A DNA stretch of 45,142 bases from a virus, in IMG/VR virus record IMGVR_UViG_3300045988_051781, positions 1 to 45,142 of that record; one strand, given 5' to 3'. Within the stretch, counting starts at the first letter, position 1. Every line of letters begins with the position of its first letter. A program made the position numbers and the translations under genes. Positions 24,317 to 32,381 of the stretch are shown piece after piece. Under the pieces are notes generated by a model. The model was not told the origin of the DNA, searched no databases, and saw nothing but the letters and a program-made list of their open reading frames with translations.

Positions 24317-24767
24317 CCGTCCACACCTCGCAAGCTGTAGCGTTCAGGGCATCCATGAAGTTATCATGCACCTCTTCCGCCGTGTTATCCTTGTATGCTG
24401 CTTCTAGCTTTGTAATCTCAATATCCATCCGGCGGTTTTCCATGTTGCGCTTCAGGATCTCTTTCGCTGCATTGGTACGTTCAGATAGTGGTGCATCAAG
24501 ATCGAACTGGTCTTTTACCTCTCCACGCATTACAGATGTCAGGAAACGCATAACTTCGGCTACGTCTGCGATTCTTGCATCCTCGATTTGTTTCTGCCGT
24601 TTTTGTATATACTCCAAAATTTGAGGTTTCTTGAGGTTATCAGCTCCTGTCCTATATGCCGTTCTTTCACTGTATCCTGCTTCTTTTGCCGCTTGTGTTG
24701 CATTTCCGCATACCAAATACTTATCACAGAACGTTTTCTGCTTCGGTGTAAGCTTATCATTTTCCAC
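24306..24767 (-). CDS. terS: Terminase small subunit (Terminase_2-like)
   Basis: LTPKQKTFCDKYLVCGNATQAAKEAGYSERTAYRTGADNLKKPQI matches the remembered terS HTH N-terminus. GTG start. Confidence 0.8.
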   Translation of the reverse strand: MENDKLTPKQKTFCDKYLVCGNATQAAKEAGYSERTAYRTGADNLKKPQILEYIQKRQKQIEDARIADVAEVMRFLTSVMRGEVKDQFDLDAPLSERTNAAKEILKRNMENRRMDIEITKLEAAYKDNTAEEVHDNFMDALNATACEVWTDDE

Positions 24768-24837
24768 TTATCCACCGTCCTATTTTATTCCTCGTAAATA
24801 ATTTTCTCTTTTCTGCTTTCATGGCTTTTCTCCTCTC

Positions 24838-25146
24838 TTACGCCGTATAATCTTCAATTACTGGAATCCCATATTCAACAGCGCAAACATTCTCAATCTT
24901 ACACCCTCTGTATTTCTCCCAATCTTTTGCGAAATACGCCACATCTGCATCAGCTAACAGTTCAATAGATTTTCCAATAAACCATAGAGGTTTTGCTCCT
25001 ACTGGTGCAGATCGAAAGAATGAATCAATAACTTCTACTGGTTCTCCGAGATGTTTTTCTGCACTTTTGATTGCTTTTTCTCTAACCGCAAGAATTTCCT
25101 CTTCTGTTTTGTCTCTCATCGGCTGACTAATAAATAATTTCTTCAT
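24838..25146 (-). CDS. Nucleoside 2-deoxyribosyltransferase-like (DUF4406-type) protein
   Basis: 102 aa from ATG 25146. MKKLFISQPMRDKTEEEI...ADVAYFAKDWEKYRGCKIE resembles that superfamily from memory. Confidence 0.45.
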   Translation of the reverse strand: MKKLFISQPMRDKTEEEILAVREKAIKSAEKHLGEPVEVIDSFFRSAPVGAKPLWFIGKSIELLADADVAYFAKDWEKYRGCKIENVCAVEYGIPVIEDYTA

Positions 25147-25409
25147 ATTTTTCTTCCTTTCATTTCTTTCCATATATCGTTCAAACAATTTACAATCTCT
25201 AATAACGATGCTGTCCGTAAGATTTCCAGATCCATGTCTTTCCATTCCCCATTCTTCTTCCTCTCCATTATCCTTGTGGACAATATGTATACGGTAATGA
25301 GTCTTTTCTGTTCTACGGAATAGAACTGGCTTGTTCCCATGCGGATAACCAGACCTTTTTGTAATATTGCTTTCTGTAGCTTTCTTGCTATGCCGTTTAA
25401 TTTAGCCAT
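25143..25409 (-). CDS. Hypothetical protein (88 aa)
   Basis: Co-oriented ORF with a 4-nt overlap onto the downstream gene. Confidence 0.45.
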   Translation of the reverse strand: MAKLNGIARKLQKAILQKGLVIRMGTSQFYSVEQKRLITVYILSTRIMERKKNGEWKDMDLEILRTASLLEIVNCLNDIWKEMKGRKI

Positions 25410-25430
25410 ACATTATCTATCACCCTCTTC

Positions 25431-25922
25431 TTACAACTTCACACCTCGCCATGCGAGATAGTTTTTCAACCTTCGATTATACGATCTTTTATATGTTTCT
25501 GTTACTCTGTTTAGATCATGCAATGCGCTTGTATCGCCCTTTTCCGGTCTTTCGGAAAAATCATGCATCTTGTCTTGGATAGCAACATGCGCATCTCTTA
25601 TGTTCCTGTATTCTTTTGCAAGTCTCTGATTATTATATAAAGCTTCTGCGCTTCCGAGCTTTGCTATTTTTCTCTGTAACTCACCCACTCTATCTATGTA
25701 ATAATTCCTAACTCGCAAAGCTTCTTTTTTGTCTTTTATGGACTTTATAAAATCAAGATTGCCGTTCTGTGCGGCTTTTTCTAATTTAGCATCTTTTTTT
25801 ACTGTTCCGTCACCTCGTAGCGCATCACTTTTCTTCGCGGCATTATACATAAATTTAGCAGCCATCTTGGATACATCAGAACCGCCTATTTGTATCGAGC
25901 TTGTTCCACCTCTACCGCCCAA
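25431..25922 (-). CDS. Hypothetical helical protein (163 aa) with an MGGRGGTSS N-terminus
   Basis: TTG start 8 nt after AAGAGGT. No family recognised. Confidence 0.5.
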   Translation of the reverse strand: MGGRGGTSSIQIGGSDVSKMAAKFMYNAAKKSDALRGDGTVKKDAKLEKAAQNGNLDFIKSIKDKKEALRVRNYYIDRVGELQRKIAKLGSAEALYNNQRLAKEYRNIRDAHVAIQDKMHDFSERPEKGDTSALHDLNRVTETYKRSYNRRLKNYLAWRGVKL

Positions 25923-25928
25923 TTTTAT

Positions 25929-26564
25929 TTACCTCTTTTTCCTTTCTGTCAGTTCTTCTCCGAACGACTTAATCTTTACAATGTTCCCTGCACATTCTTC
26001 AGGAACCTGTCCGTAAAACAGCACTGTCTCAGGTTCCAATCTTTTCATCATCTCATTATATCCGTCCATGAACAGTGCTTTCCGCTCCTTGCTGTTCATT
26101 ACTCCAACACTGGATACCGCTACTACACTTCCTACCGGCTCACCGTCAAAACACCAATCAAACGATTCTCTGTCGCTCCAACTGATTGTAGGTATCACAT
26201 CTATACCGTACATCTGCATATAAGCACCTAACCAATGCTTGCGAAAATGGTTGTAAATCTGCAAAGCTTTCGGGAAATCCGTGTAAGTGCTAAAATCTGG
26301 CGACATGACACAATCAAATTTGCTCAACACTGGAATGTATTTATCTGGATGCGTCCACAGTCTTAGAAATTGGTAATCATCCAGAAAGAAGTGTATCCCT
26401 TTGCCCTCCGGCTTCTTGCAAGTATTTGCATAGTTAAAACCTATAAATTTACACTTTTCGTATGATGTAGGTTCTATCTTTGGTATGTCATACTGACCAA
26501 CGCCATCAAAAATATACTTCTGTTGGTTTTCGTAGTTCTTCATTTCGCGGTACAAAAAATACAC
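25929..26564 (-). CDS. DUF4417-like protein
   Basis: GIHFFLDDYQF..LW..P..Y...L..F..V.SPDFS and GIDVIPTISWSD resemble DUF4417 from memory. Start uncertain (GTG 26564, TTG 26555 or ATG 26543). Confidence 0.55.
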   Translation of the reverse strand: MYFLYREMKNYENQQKYIFDGVGQYDIPKIEPTSYEKCKFIGFNYANTCKKPEGKGIHFFLDDYQFLRLWTHPDKYIPVLSKFDCVMSPDFSTYTDFPKALQIYNHFRKHWLGAYMQMYGIDVIPTISWSDRESFDWCFDGEPVGSVVAVSSVGVMNSKERKALFMDGYNEMMKRLEPETVLFYGQVPEECAGNIVKIKSFGEELTERKKR

Positions 26565-26737
26565 CTCCCACGGTCTTTTTATATATTTTACCGTGAAACA
26601 TGTATAAAAGTAGGACTCACAATTGTTTTTTTCATAACGGAAAAGTCCATGCTGGAAGTTGAAAATGGTGTATATATATTTAATGGTTCCAGAATGTATC
26701 CAGAGCGGAACAAAAATGGAGGCGTATAGGAACCGCA

Positions 26738-26790
26738 GAATAGAATAGAATAGATAAGAATAGAGTAGAAAAGAGTAGAGTAAATAATAA
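26738..26790. repeat. Degenerate pentanucleotide tandem repeat (GAATA)n, about 10 units
   Basis: gaata gaata gaata gataa gaata gagta gaaaa gagta gagta aataa, in the 420-bp non-coding region 3' of the integrase gene. Confidence 0.85.
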
Positions 26791-26915
26791 TGTGGAACTT
26801 TCTCCCCACAGTATTATATTTATCTCTTTCTATATCTTTTTCTTTATCTAGGCAGCTAACATTATCCTTACAGTTAGTTTTACATTGCGATCTCGCATTT
26901 TCCGCTGTTTTTTTC

Positions 26916-26936
26916 GATAGATTCTCGGTCAATTCT
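26916..26936. repeat. 21-bp repeat, inverted copy of 28358..28379 (20/21 identical), downstream of the integrase gene
   Basis: GATAGATTCTCGGTCAATTCT versus the reverse complement of 28358..28379, GATAGAATCTCGGTCAATTCT. Confidence 0.9.
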
Positions 26937-26948
26937 GGTTATTTCTAC

Positions 26949-26978
26949 TTCCTATAATCATCGGGACGATTATAGGAA
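26949..26978. other. Dyad-symmetric element TTCCTATAATC-N8-GATTATAGGAA abutting the integrase stop codon (terminator or att-like site)
   Basis: Perfect 11-bp arms at 26949..26959 and 26968..26978. No U-run on either strand. Confidence 0.5.
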
Positions 26979-26985
26979 AGGGAAA

Positions 26986-28332
26986 TTAGAGCAAATTAAA
27001 ATAGATGTCTATATTTCCGTCAGTAATCACAATCTTGTCTATGCATTCTTTCAGAATTTTGTTTTGTTCTTTTACATCTAATTTATCCCATACATCCGAA
27101 ATCTTTTTTATTTTTTCAATTCTCTCCGGAGTGTTCAAAGATTTTTTCCGCGTTTCCCTGTCTAGCTCTCTTCTAAGTTCTTTTACACGTTTTTCCGACT
27201 TTCCGATCACTTCCAATAGCGTTTCACTTTCACTTGTGGCATATAATTCATAGAGCTTTTTAAGCTTGTCTACCGTGCTTTTCATTTCTTTTTCAATAAG
27301 CTCTTTTTTACTAAGTTGCTTTTCACGTCTTCCTGTTATATTCACAGCAAATCGCTTAAAACAATCCGACACTTCTTTTTCCACGTCCTTTGCGTCCGGT
27401 CTTTTGTTGTCGCAATTTGGGTTTTTTACCATGTATTCTTTGTACCCATCCCTAGAATAACACTCTAATACATGTCTATTCGCCCATTTTTTATATCGCA
27501 TTCGTGCGCCACATTTTCCACAAAAGCACAATCCAGAAAGCAGAAATTTGTTGCAGATATAAGAATTATTCGCTCTTTTTTCCATAAATTTCTGTGTTTT
27601 GTAAAATGTTTCTTCGTCTATGATTGCTTCATGTTTCCCCTTGTAAATGTTTCCTTTGTATTCTATGTATCCTATATTCGACTTTCTTTTTAATATCTGA
27701 ATAACAATTCTTTCTCCTTTCATTCCGAGCATTTCCGATATTTTCTGGCATGAATATCCATCGTTATACAGCCGATACATAGTCCGAACCTTTTCTGCTT
27801 CTTCTTCTTTTGGATGTAATATCCCGTCATTTCTGTCATAGTAATAGCCGAACGGGACACGCCCTCCGCCCATCCACAAGCCACTTTTAACACGCTCAAG
27901 CATCCCGGCTTTTGTTCGCATGGATATAATCTCGCGCTCGTACTGTCCCATAAGCGCATCAATGCCGATTTTCATTTTGTCCATTGGCGTATCCAGACTT
28001 AATTCTTCGGTAGCTGATACAATCTTAACATTGTATTCTGGCAATGTTCGATACAGAATAACAAGCGTATCAATGGTATCACGGCTCACTCTGTCGAGTT
28101 TATAGATATATACCTTTTCGATATATCCATTCTTAGAATCCTCTAATAACCGTTGTATATCCGGTCGGTCGAGCGTGCTGCCAGAATAACCGCCATCTAT
28201 ATACCACTTGTCTATCTTGTCTCCCTCTTTTTCTGCCCTTTCTATGATCTTGTTTTTTTGCAGATCCAGTCCATATTTTTCCGTCTGGTTCTCGGTCGAT
28301 ACCCTAAGATAACCTACATTCATTTTCTTCAT
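26986..28332 (-). CDS. int: Large serine recombinase (integrase type)
   Basis: 448 aa from ATG 28332 (AGGAAG RBS). N-terminal resolvase domain VGYLRVSTENQ...LDRVSRD, recombinase domain, zinc ribbon CFCGKCGARM, C-terminal coiled coil. Confidence 0.9.
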   Translation of the reverse strand: MKKMNVGYLRVSTENQTEKYGLDLQKNKIIERAEKEGDKIDKWYIDGGYSGSTLDRPDIQRLLEDSKNGYIEKVYIYKLDRVSRDTIDTLVILYRTLPEYNVKIVSATEELSLDTPMDKMKIGIDALMGQYEREIISMRTKAGMLERVKSGLWMGGGRVPFGYYYDRNDGILHPKEEEAEKVRTMYRLYNDGYSCQKISEMLGMKGERIVIQILKRKSNIGYIEYKGNIYKGKHEAIIDEETFYKTQKFMEKRANNSYICNKFLLSGLCFCGKCGARMRYKKWANRHVLECYSRDGYKEYMVKNPNCDNKRPDAKDVEKEVSDCFKRFAVNITGRREKQLSKKELIEKEMKSTVDKLKKLYELYATSESETLLEVIGKSEKRVKELRRELDRETRKKSLNTPERIEKIKKISDVWDKLDVKEQNKILKECIDKIVITDGNIDIYFNLL

Positions 28333-28357
28333 GTCAACTCTTCCTTTCCATTTAAAA

Positions 28358-28390
28358 AGAATTGACCGAGATTCTATCAAGGTCAATTCT
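28358..28390. promoter_or_regulatory. Perfect 10-bp palindrome AGAATTGACC-N13-GGTCAATTCT upstream of int (operator or attP candidate)
   Basis: Arms at 28358..28367 and 28381..28390. The left arm plus spacer recurs inverted at 26916..26936. Confidence 0.6.
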
Positions 28391-28396
28391 ATATCA

Positions 28397-28513
28397 TCAC
28401 TTCTTTTCCGTCAATTTACTGGCAAGAATCTTTTTTATATTTTCATTTTTTATTTCAATTTTTTCCAAATCTTCTCTTTTTGTAAGGATCCCATTTACGT
28501 ATATCCTAACCAC
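28397..28513 (-). CDS. Possible 38-aa ORF upstream of int
   Basis: GTG at 28513, 6 nt after AGGAGG. VVRIYVNGILTKREDLEKIEIKNENIKKILASKLTEKK. Below the ORF-track size cut-off. Confidence 0.3.
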   Translation of the reverse strand: MVRIYVNGILTKREDLEKIEIKNENIKKILASKLTEKK

Positions 28514-28811
28514 TTTCTTCCTCCTTTTTTAATCTAAGATCACGTAACTTTTTCATTGCCAATCTTCTATAACCCTGGAAATCTACCTTTTGAACTGGGA
28601 TAAAGTATATTCGGCTCATTCTGTCATAGCCTACACCCGTTATCAGATTCAAAAAGATATAATGTGCTATATATTGGTTGGCTTCTACACAAGCAGCTAG
28701 AACGTCCTCTTGTTCTTCTCCTTTTGCCGTTCTGCAAAAATCAAGGATCTTTTTTTCTGTATCGCTATCTATCTTATAATCTCGCATGTATTTATATCTC
28801 GTCCTTGTCAT
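28506..28811 (-). CDS. Hypothetical protein (101 aa; possibly 139 aa from 28925)
   Basis: ATG 28811 follows an AAGAGGTG RBS. MTRTRYKYMRDYKIDSDTEKKILDF... No confident family. Confidence 0.5.
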   Translation of the reverse strand: MTRTRYKYMRDYKIDSDTEKKILDFCRTAKGEEQEDVLAACVEANQYIAHYIFLNLITGVGYDRMSRIYFIPVQKVDFQGYRRLAMKKLRDLRLKKEEESG

Positions 28812-28885
28812 TTCTACACCTCTTTTATTATCCCCTTTCTCGTTAAATACGTTTCTATTGATATCGCATTCTTTGGCGTTCGCAT

Positions 28886-29116
28886 TCACGCCTTTTCTCT
28901 GTATCTTTTTGGCAACTTCATCCACGCAACGACATTATACGGATCTCCGTTACAGTCAAACCACACTCCCGTCTGGGAATAATACAACGTTGTTGCTTTC
29001 TCCGCTCCCTCGATCGTAACAAGGAACTCAGCTGCATACTCACTACGCACGTAGGACTCAATGAATTCCATCTGATTAGGAAGACGCTCCGCTGTTGGTA
29101 TCCATTTTTCTTCCAT
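28886..29116 (-). CDS. DUF551-like protein
   Basis: MEEKWIPTAERLPNQ...VVAWMKLP fits the DUF551 pattern (WI..ERLP ... AWMPLP). Confidence 0.6.
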   Translation of the reverse strand: MEEKWIPTAERLPNQMEFIESYVRSEYAAEFLVTIEGAEKATTLYYSQTGVWFDCNGDPYNVVAWMKLPKRYREKA

Positions 29117-29333
29117 GCTCTTTCTTCTCCTCCTCAATTTGTTTATAATACCGGCATTTGCTTTTACAGTAATTCTTATCCTGTCCCATTTTGCATCCGC
29201 TACACTCATTTATGTAGCCGAATTCATCTCTGGACGGTAGCGCAAAAAAACAAATCAAACTGATTAAAAGTAACACCGGCGAAAAGATCAGAAGCAAAAT
29301 ATTAAACAGAATATCCGTTATCTTCTCGATCAT
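29076..29333 (-). CDS. Small membrane protein with a Cys-rich tail (85 aa)
   Basis: ATGA coupling to the upstream ORF. ITDILFNILLLIFSPVLLLISLICFFAL TM segment, then CSGCKMGQDKNYCKSKC. Confidence 0.45.
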   Translation of the reverse strand: MIEKITDILFNILLLIFSPVLLLISLICFFALPSRDEFGYINECSGCKMGQDKNYCKSKCRYYKQIEEEKKEHGRKMDTNSGASS

Positions 29334-29533
29334 TTTCTCTTCTTCCTCTCTTTCAGCCGCCTGTTCCATTCCGCAAGATACCGTTCCTGTTCTGTATCTT
29401 CCAATTCTTGTCTGAAGCCGTATACCGGTCTGGAAAAGCTTTCTTTTGCCGTGTCGCTGTCGCAATGTGCGATCATGCCACCGTAGTGCTGGTACTGGTC
29501 ATGCTTCATTTCTTTTCTGGTGCGTTTATTCAT
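29330..29533 (-). CDS. Hypothetical basic protein (67 aa)
   Basis: ATG 29533 after GGAGAAAAG. Co-oriented. Confidence 0.45.
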   Translation of the reverse strand: MNKRTRKEMKHDQYQHYGGMIAHCDSDTAKESFSRPVYGFRQELEDTEQERYLAEWNRRLKERKKRK

Positions 29534-29876
29534 ATCTTTTCTCCACAAGCTCTCCTAATTCGTGCCCTATTGGTTTCCACAGATGCAAGCAGTTTTCCGA
29601 CATATTCACATATTCGGACTTCTTTGGATGTATCTGGTATACCTCTTCTTCATCATCGAAGAATATATCCTTCAACACACACATATCATTCCATGTAGGT
29701 ATCTTGTATTTGTGCTTCGGTGATACGCTCACGTGTTCCCATCCGTCCTCATTTTCTCCGAACATCACGGAACACGTACCGCAATCGGGCAGTTTTATTA
29801 AACCGCCCACTAATTTTCCAAACATTACCGTGTCCCAAACTTTACTGCTTTCCATGATTTCTTTATATGGTTTCAT
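29526..29876 (-). CDS. Hypothetical protein (116 aa)
   Basis: Long ORF with an AAAGGAA RBS, in the early-gene block. Confidence 0.55.
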   Translation of the reverse strand: MKPYKEIMESSKVWDTVMFGKLVGGLIKLPDCGTCSVMFGENEDGWEHVSVSPKHKYKIPTWNDMCVLKDIFFDDEEEVYQIHPKKSEYVNMSENCLHLWKPIGHELGELVEKRYE

Positions 29877-29913
29877 CTACATCGTTCCTTTCTTCGCTCT
29901 AAAAAGAATCTCT

Positions 29914-30366
29914 CTATTCATAATCTTCAACTACCTCCAACTTCTTCAAGTCCTCGATAAGCCACGGTTGGGAATCTGACCATTTGATCATTGGGAAATC
30001 CAACTTAAAGAATTTTAAGCTTTTGTCTGATTCGCACCCACTACTTTCCCAACAATCAATAAGTTTATGTGGTTTGCTGATATAAATGAACAAACCACCA
30101 TCCATATCCCTAGTTATATAATTTATTCTTATGCCAACATACTCCAAAAAAGCTCTATCCATCTTGCTTATCACTGGCTTTTCAATGTACTCTGATTCTG
30201 CCCATTTCCTTCTTCCCTTAGCACATCCATTTTTACAAAACAAACAATTACTGCACGGAACATGGGTACACGAACTAACTTTTCCTGTACGCTTATCGAT
30301 AGCAATATCATCACCATCGCAAGCAATTTCAACAATCTCTTTTGCAAACTTTTCTTTATTCTTCAT
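29914..30366 (-). CDS. Hypothetical Cys-containing protein (150 aa)
   Basis: Co-oriented ORF overlapping the upstream stop. Contains CTHVPCSNCLFCKNGC. Confidence 0.55.
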   Translation of the reverse strand: MKNKEKFAKEIVEIACDGDDIAIDKRTGKVSSCTHVPCSNCLFCKNGCAKGRRKWAESEYIEKPVISKMDRAFLEYVGIRINYITRDMDGGLFIYISKPHKLIDCWESSGCESDKSLKFFKLDFPMIKWSDSQPWLIEDLKKLEVVEDYE

Positions 30367-30640
30367 CTCTTCTGCCTCGTTTTACAATCTCTATAGCTTT
30401 ATCACGGTTGATATTTTCACTATTATGATTCCATGTAGAACCTCTCGGTAATGCTTTCAATTGCTCAATAACCTCTTCCACGTCAAACGCTGTCGGCTGT
30501 TCTTCTACCGCTTTCATGCATTCTTTTATTGTCTCGTAGATTTCTTTCTGATTTTTACTGTCATTGCGTCCGAACGGAGCTTCTTGCAAAGCATAATCAT
30601 TCAAGTGGAGTATCAGCTTATCCGCATCAATTAGTCTCAT
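30356..30640 (-). CDS. Hypothetical protein (94 aa)
   Basis: ATG 30640 (MRLIDADKLILHL) after a GGGAGTGAG RBS. Confidence 0.5.
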   Translation of the reverse strand: MRLIDADKLILHLNDYALQEAPFGRNDSKNQKEIYETIKECMKAVEEQPTAFDVEEVIEQLKALPRGSTWNHNSENINRDKAIEIVKRGRRDEE

Positions 30641-30644
30641 CTTC

Positions 30645-30920
30645 TCACTCCCATTCACTTTTCAACATATCTGCCTTAATCAGTTCATAGATTATATCCA
30701 ATGCTGTTCTATGGTCCCTGTATCGGCAGTTCGCTTTTTTATGTATTCTTGGATCGTTTTTATCCCAATCATTTACGGCAAAACATACATCACTGACAAA
30801 CAGCATCTTGCATCCTCTTGCAACACAGAGATAATAGCACTCTGACTCCTTTGGAATACCTTTACATCTTTTGAATCCGTACTTTTTGAACTCACTGGCT
30901 TTTACTGTTGGTTTTAGCAT
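30645..30920 (-). CDS. Hypothetical Cys-rich protein (91 aa)
   Basis: ATG 30920 after a GGAGTGAG RBS. Confidence 0.5.
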   Translation of the reverse strand: MLKPTVKASEFKKYGFKRCKGIPKESECYYLCVARGCKMLFVSDVCFAVNDWDKNDPRIHKKANCRYRDHRTALDIIYELIKADMLKSEWE

Positions 30921-31194
30921 CAATCTCACTCCAATCAAATTTACGACCACATTCGCCACAATAGTTGTTTCTGCTTTCCACATCCGACATTACCTGTTTG
31001 CCACACATAGGGCATTCGTAGTCGATATCTCCGTTCAGTTGGTCTAAGATAATCGGCTTTACTGGAATCTGCTTTTCCAACGCAACGAGAGCCATTCGCA
31101 CAGCTGCATCATGCTTTCTTGCACTGATAGCTGCTTTCGGAACTTCTGTATGTATGTCTTTCTCCAATATCTCCATAGCTTCTTTAATTTCCAT
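30892..31194 (-). CDS. Zinc-ribbon protein (100 aa)
   Basis: ATG 31194 after AGGAG. CPMCGKQ...YCGECGRKF. Confidence 0.5.
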   Translation of the reverse strand: MEIKEAMEILEKDIHTEVPKAAISARKHDAAVRMALVALEKQIPVKPIILDQLNGDIDYECPMCGKQVMSDVESRNNYCGECGRKFDWSEIDAKTNSKSQ

Positions 31195-31205
31195 CTTTTT
31201 CTCCT

Positions 31206-31502
31206 TTATCTCAACTGATTCTTTTGCATTTCTTCGAAGATTTTCTTGCAACCTTTCTGTTGATCGAGTTCTTTCAGATGCTCAACACGGTTATTCCATA
31301 TCTCAATAGCTTCCTCTTTGGAATTCGCTCCGTGTACCGCATAGCAATCTTCCTCGGACGTATCTATTGTTGTTTCATGTATTCCATCGTAGTGGCAGTA
31401 TCTCGGACAGCCAGCCGACCATCCGAAATAAAATCCGTCTACTACATCTCTTGAAAGATATGCTTTCGTTCCACATCTAGGACATGGTTTTAATTCGCTC
31501 AT
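31206..31502 (-). CDS. Lar-family restriction-alleviation-like protein
   Basis: 98 aa. The MSELKPCPRCGTKAY N-terminus is typical of the Lar_restr_allev family as remembered. Confidence 0.6.
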   Translation of the reverse strand: MSELKPCPRCGTKAYLSRDVVDGFYFGWSAGCPRYCHYDGIHETTIDTSEEDCYAVHGANSKEEAIEIWNNRVEHLKELDQQKGCKKIFEEMQKNQLR

Positions 31503-31503
31503 A

Positions 31504-31794
31504 TCATTCTCCTTTATAAGGTTCCGGCAACGGCATCCAGGCAACAATTGTTTTTGCCGTGTGTTCATAGATTCCTTGAAAGATTCCATTTCCCCAATAT
31601 CTCATCTCTGTTACTGTTCCGCTGTAAAAGCATACAATTACATCCGTGTTATCCTCCGGCATCTTCTCACTGCATGGAATCCACTTATTTTCTTCCAGTG
31701 CATGTATCCCCATTTTAATGGCTTCTACTGTTTCCGTAGACCATCCCCATTCAAGATGTTTCACTAATCTATCTATTGCTTGCTTGTTATTCAT
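31504..31794 (-). CDS. DUF551-like protein
   Basis: KWIPCSEKMPEDNTDVIV...IVAWMPLPEPY. AGGAGG RBS. Confidence 0.6.
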   Translation of the reverse strand: MNNKQAIDRLVKHLEWGWSTETVEAIKMGIHALEENKWIPCSEKMPEDNTDVIVCFYSGTVTEMRYWGNGIFQGIYEHTAKTIVAWMPLPEPYKGE

Positions 31795-32098
31795 TTTCGA
31801 CCTCCTCTTCTTTTGGAAACTGAAATACTTTCGGATATGTAAATATTCCTGGTTGTGTCACAGCACCAGTAATTGGACTAATTCCGCCCTGAATGCCGAA
31901 ATACTTACCGTATTCCTGTCTGCACATTTCCATAGCCTTAATCGCTTTCTCTTCGGTTGAATATTCCGCCATTATAATAAAAGCATTACTTTCCAAATCG
32001 GTTAACGAAAATGCAGCTACTGTTCCATTGTTGAAAGCTCGAATCGTTGTTTCCTCGTAAGGTAAATCAAACTCTTTGTCCTGACTAATGATTCTCAT
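31787..32098 (-). CDS. Hypothetical protein (103 aa)
   Basis: AAGAGGT RBS. Co-oriented. Confidence 0.5.
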   Translation of the reverse strand: MRIISQDKEFDLPYEETTIRAFNNGTVAAFSLTDLESNAFIIMAEYSTEEKAIKAMEMCRQEYGKYFGIQGGISPITGAVTQPGIFTYPKVFQFPKEEEVENE

Positions 32099-32381
32099 CT
32101 TTTACCTCTTTTCTCATCAATCCATGCTTACGTTTCTTTTGGAACCCCTCAATAAATGCCTGGATTATAGCTGATTGTCCGCTGTTTCTTGGAAAGCAAA
32201 TTGTAGTAATAACATCTACTTTCTTCCATGTTCTTGTAGGTGCGTGATAATGCCTGCCATCCGCTGTTTCTACCATTGTCTGCTCTTCACAAGCTGTAGG
32301 ATAATAAAACTTTTCGCAGATTCCAGACACTCCCGATTCTGTACAGATAATACGATCACCAATATCAAATCTTCTACTCAT
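32085..32381 (-). CDS. Hypothetical protein (98 aa)
   Basis: AGGAGG RBS. Co-oriented. Confidence 0.5.
   Translation of the reverse strand: MSRRFDIGDRIICTESGVSGICEKFYYPTACEEQTMVETADGRHYHAPTRTWKKVDVITTICFPRNSGQSAIIQAFIEGFQKKRKHGLMRKEVKDENH

Noticed and set aside
26588-26932. 114-aa ORF in the int-DUF4417 intergenic region
   Set aside because: Its sequence (YSTLFYSILIYSILF...) is simply the translation of the (GAATA)n repeat. It has no RBS and looks like a low-complexity artefact.
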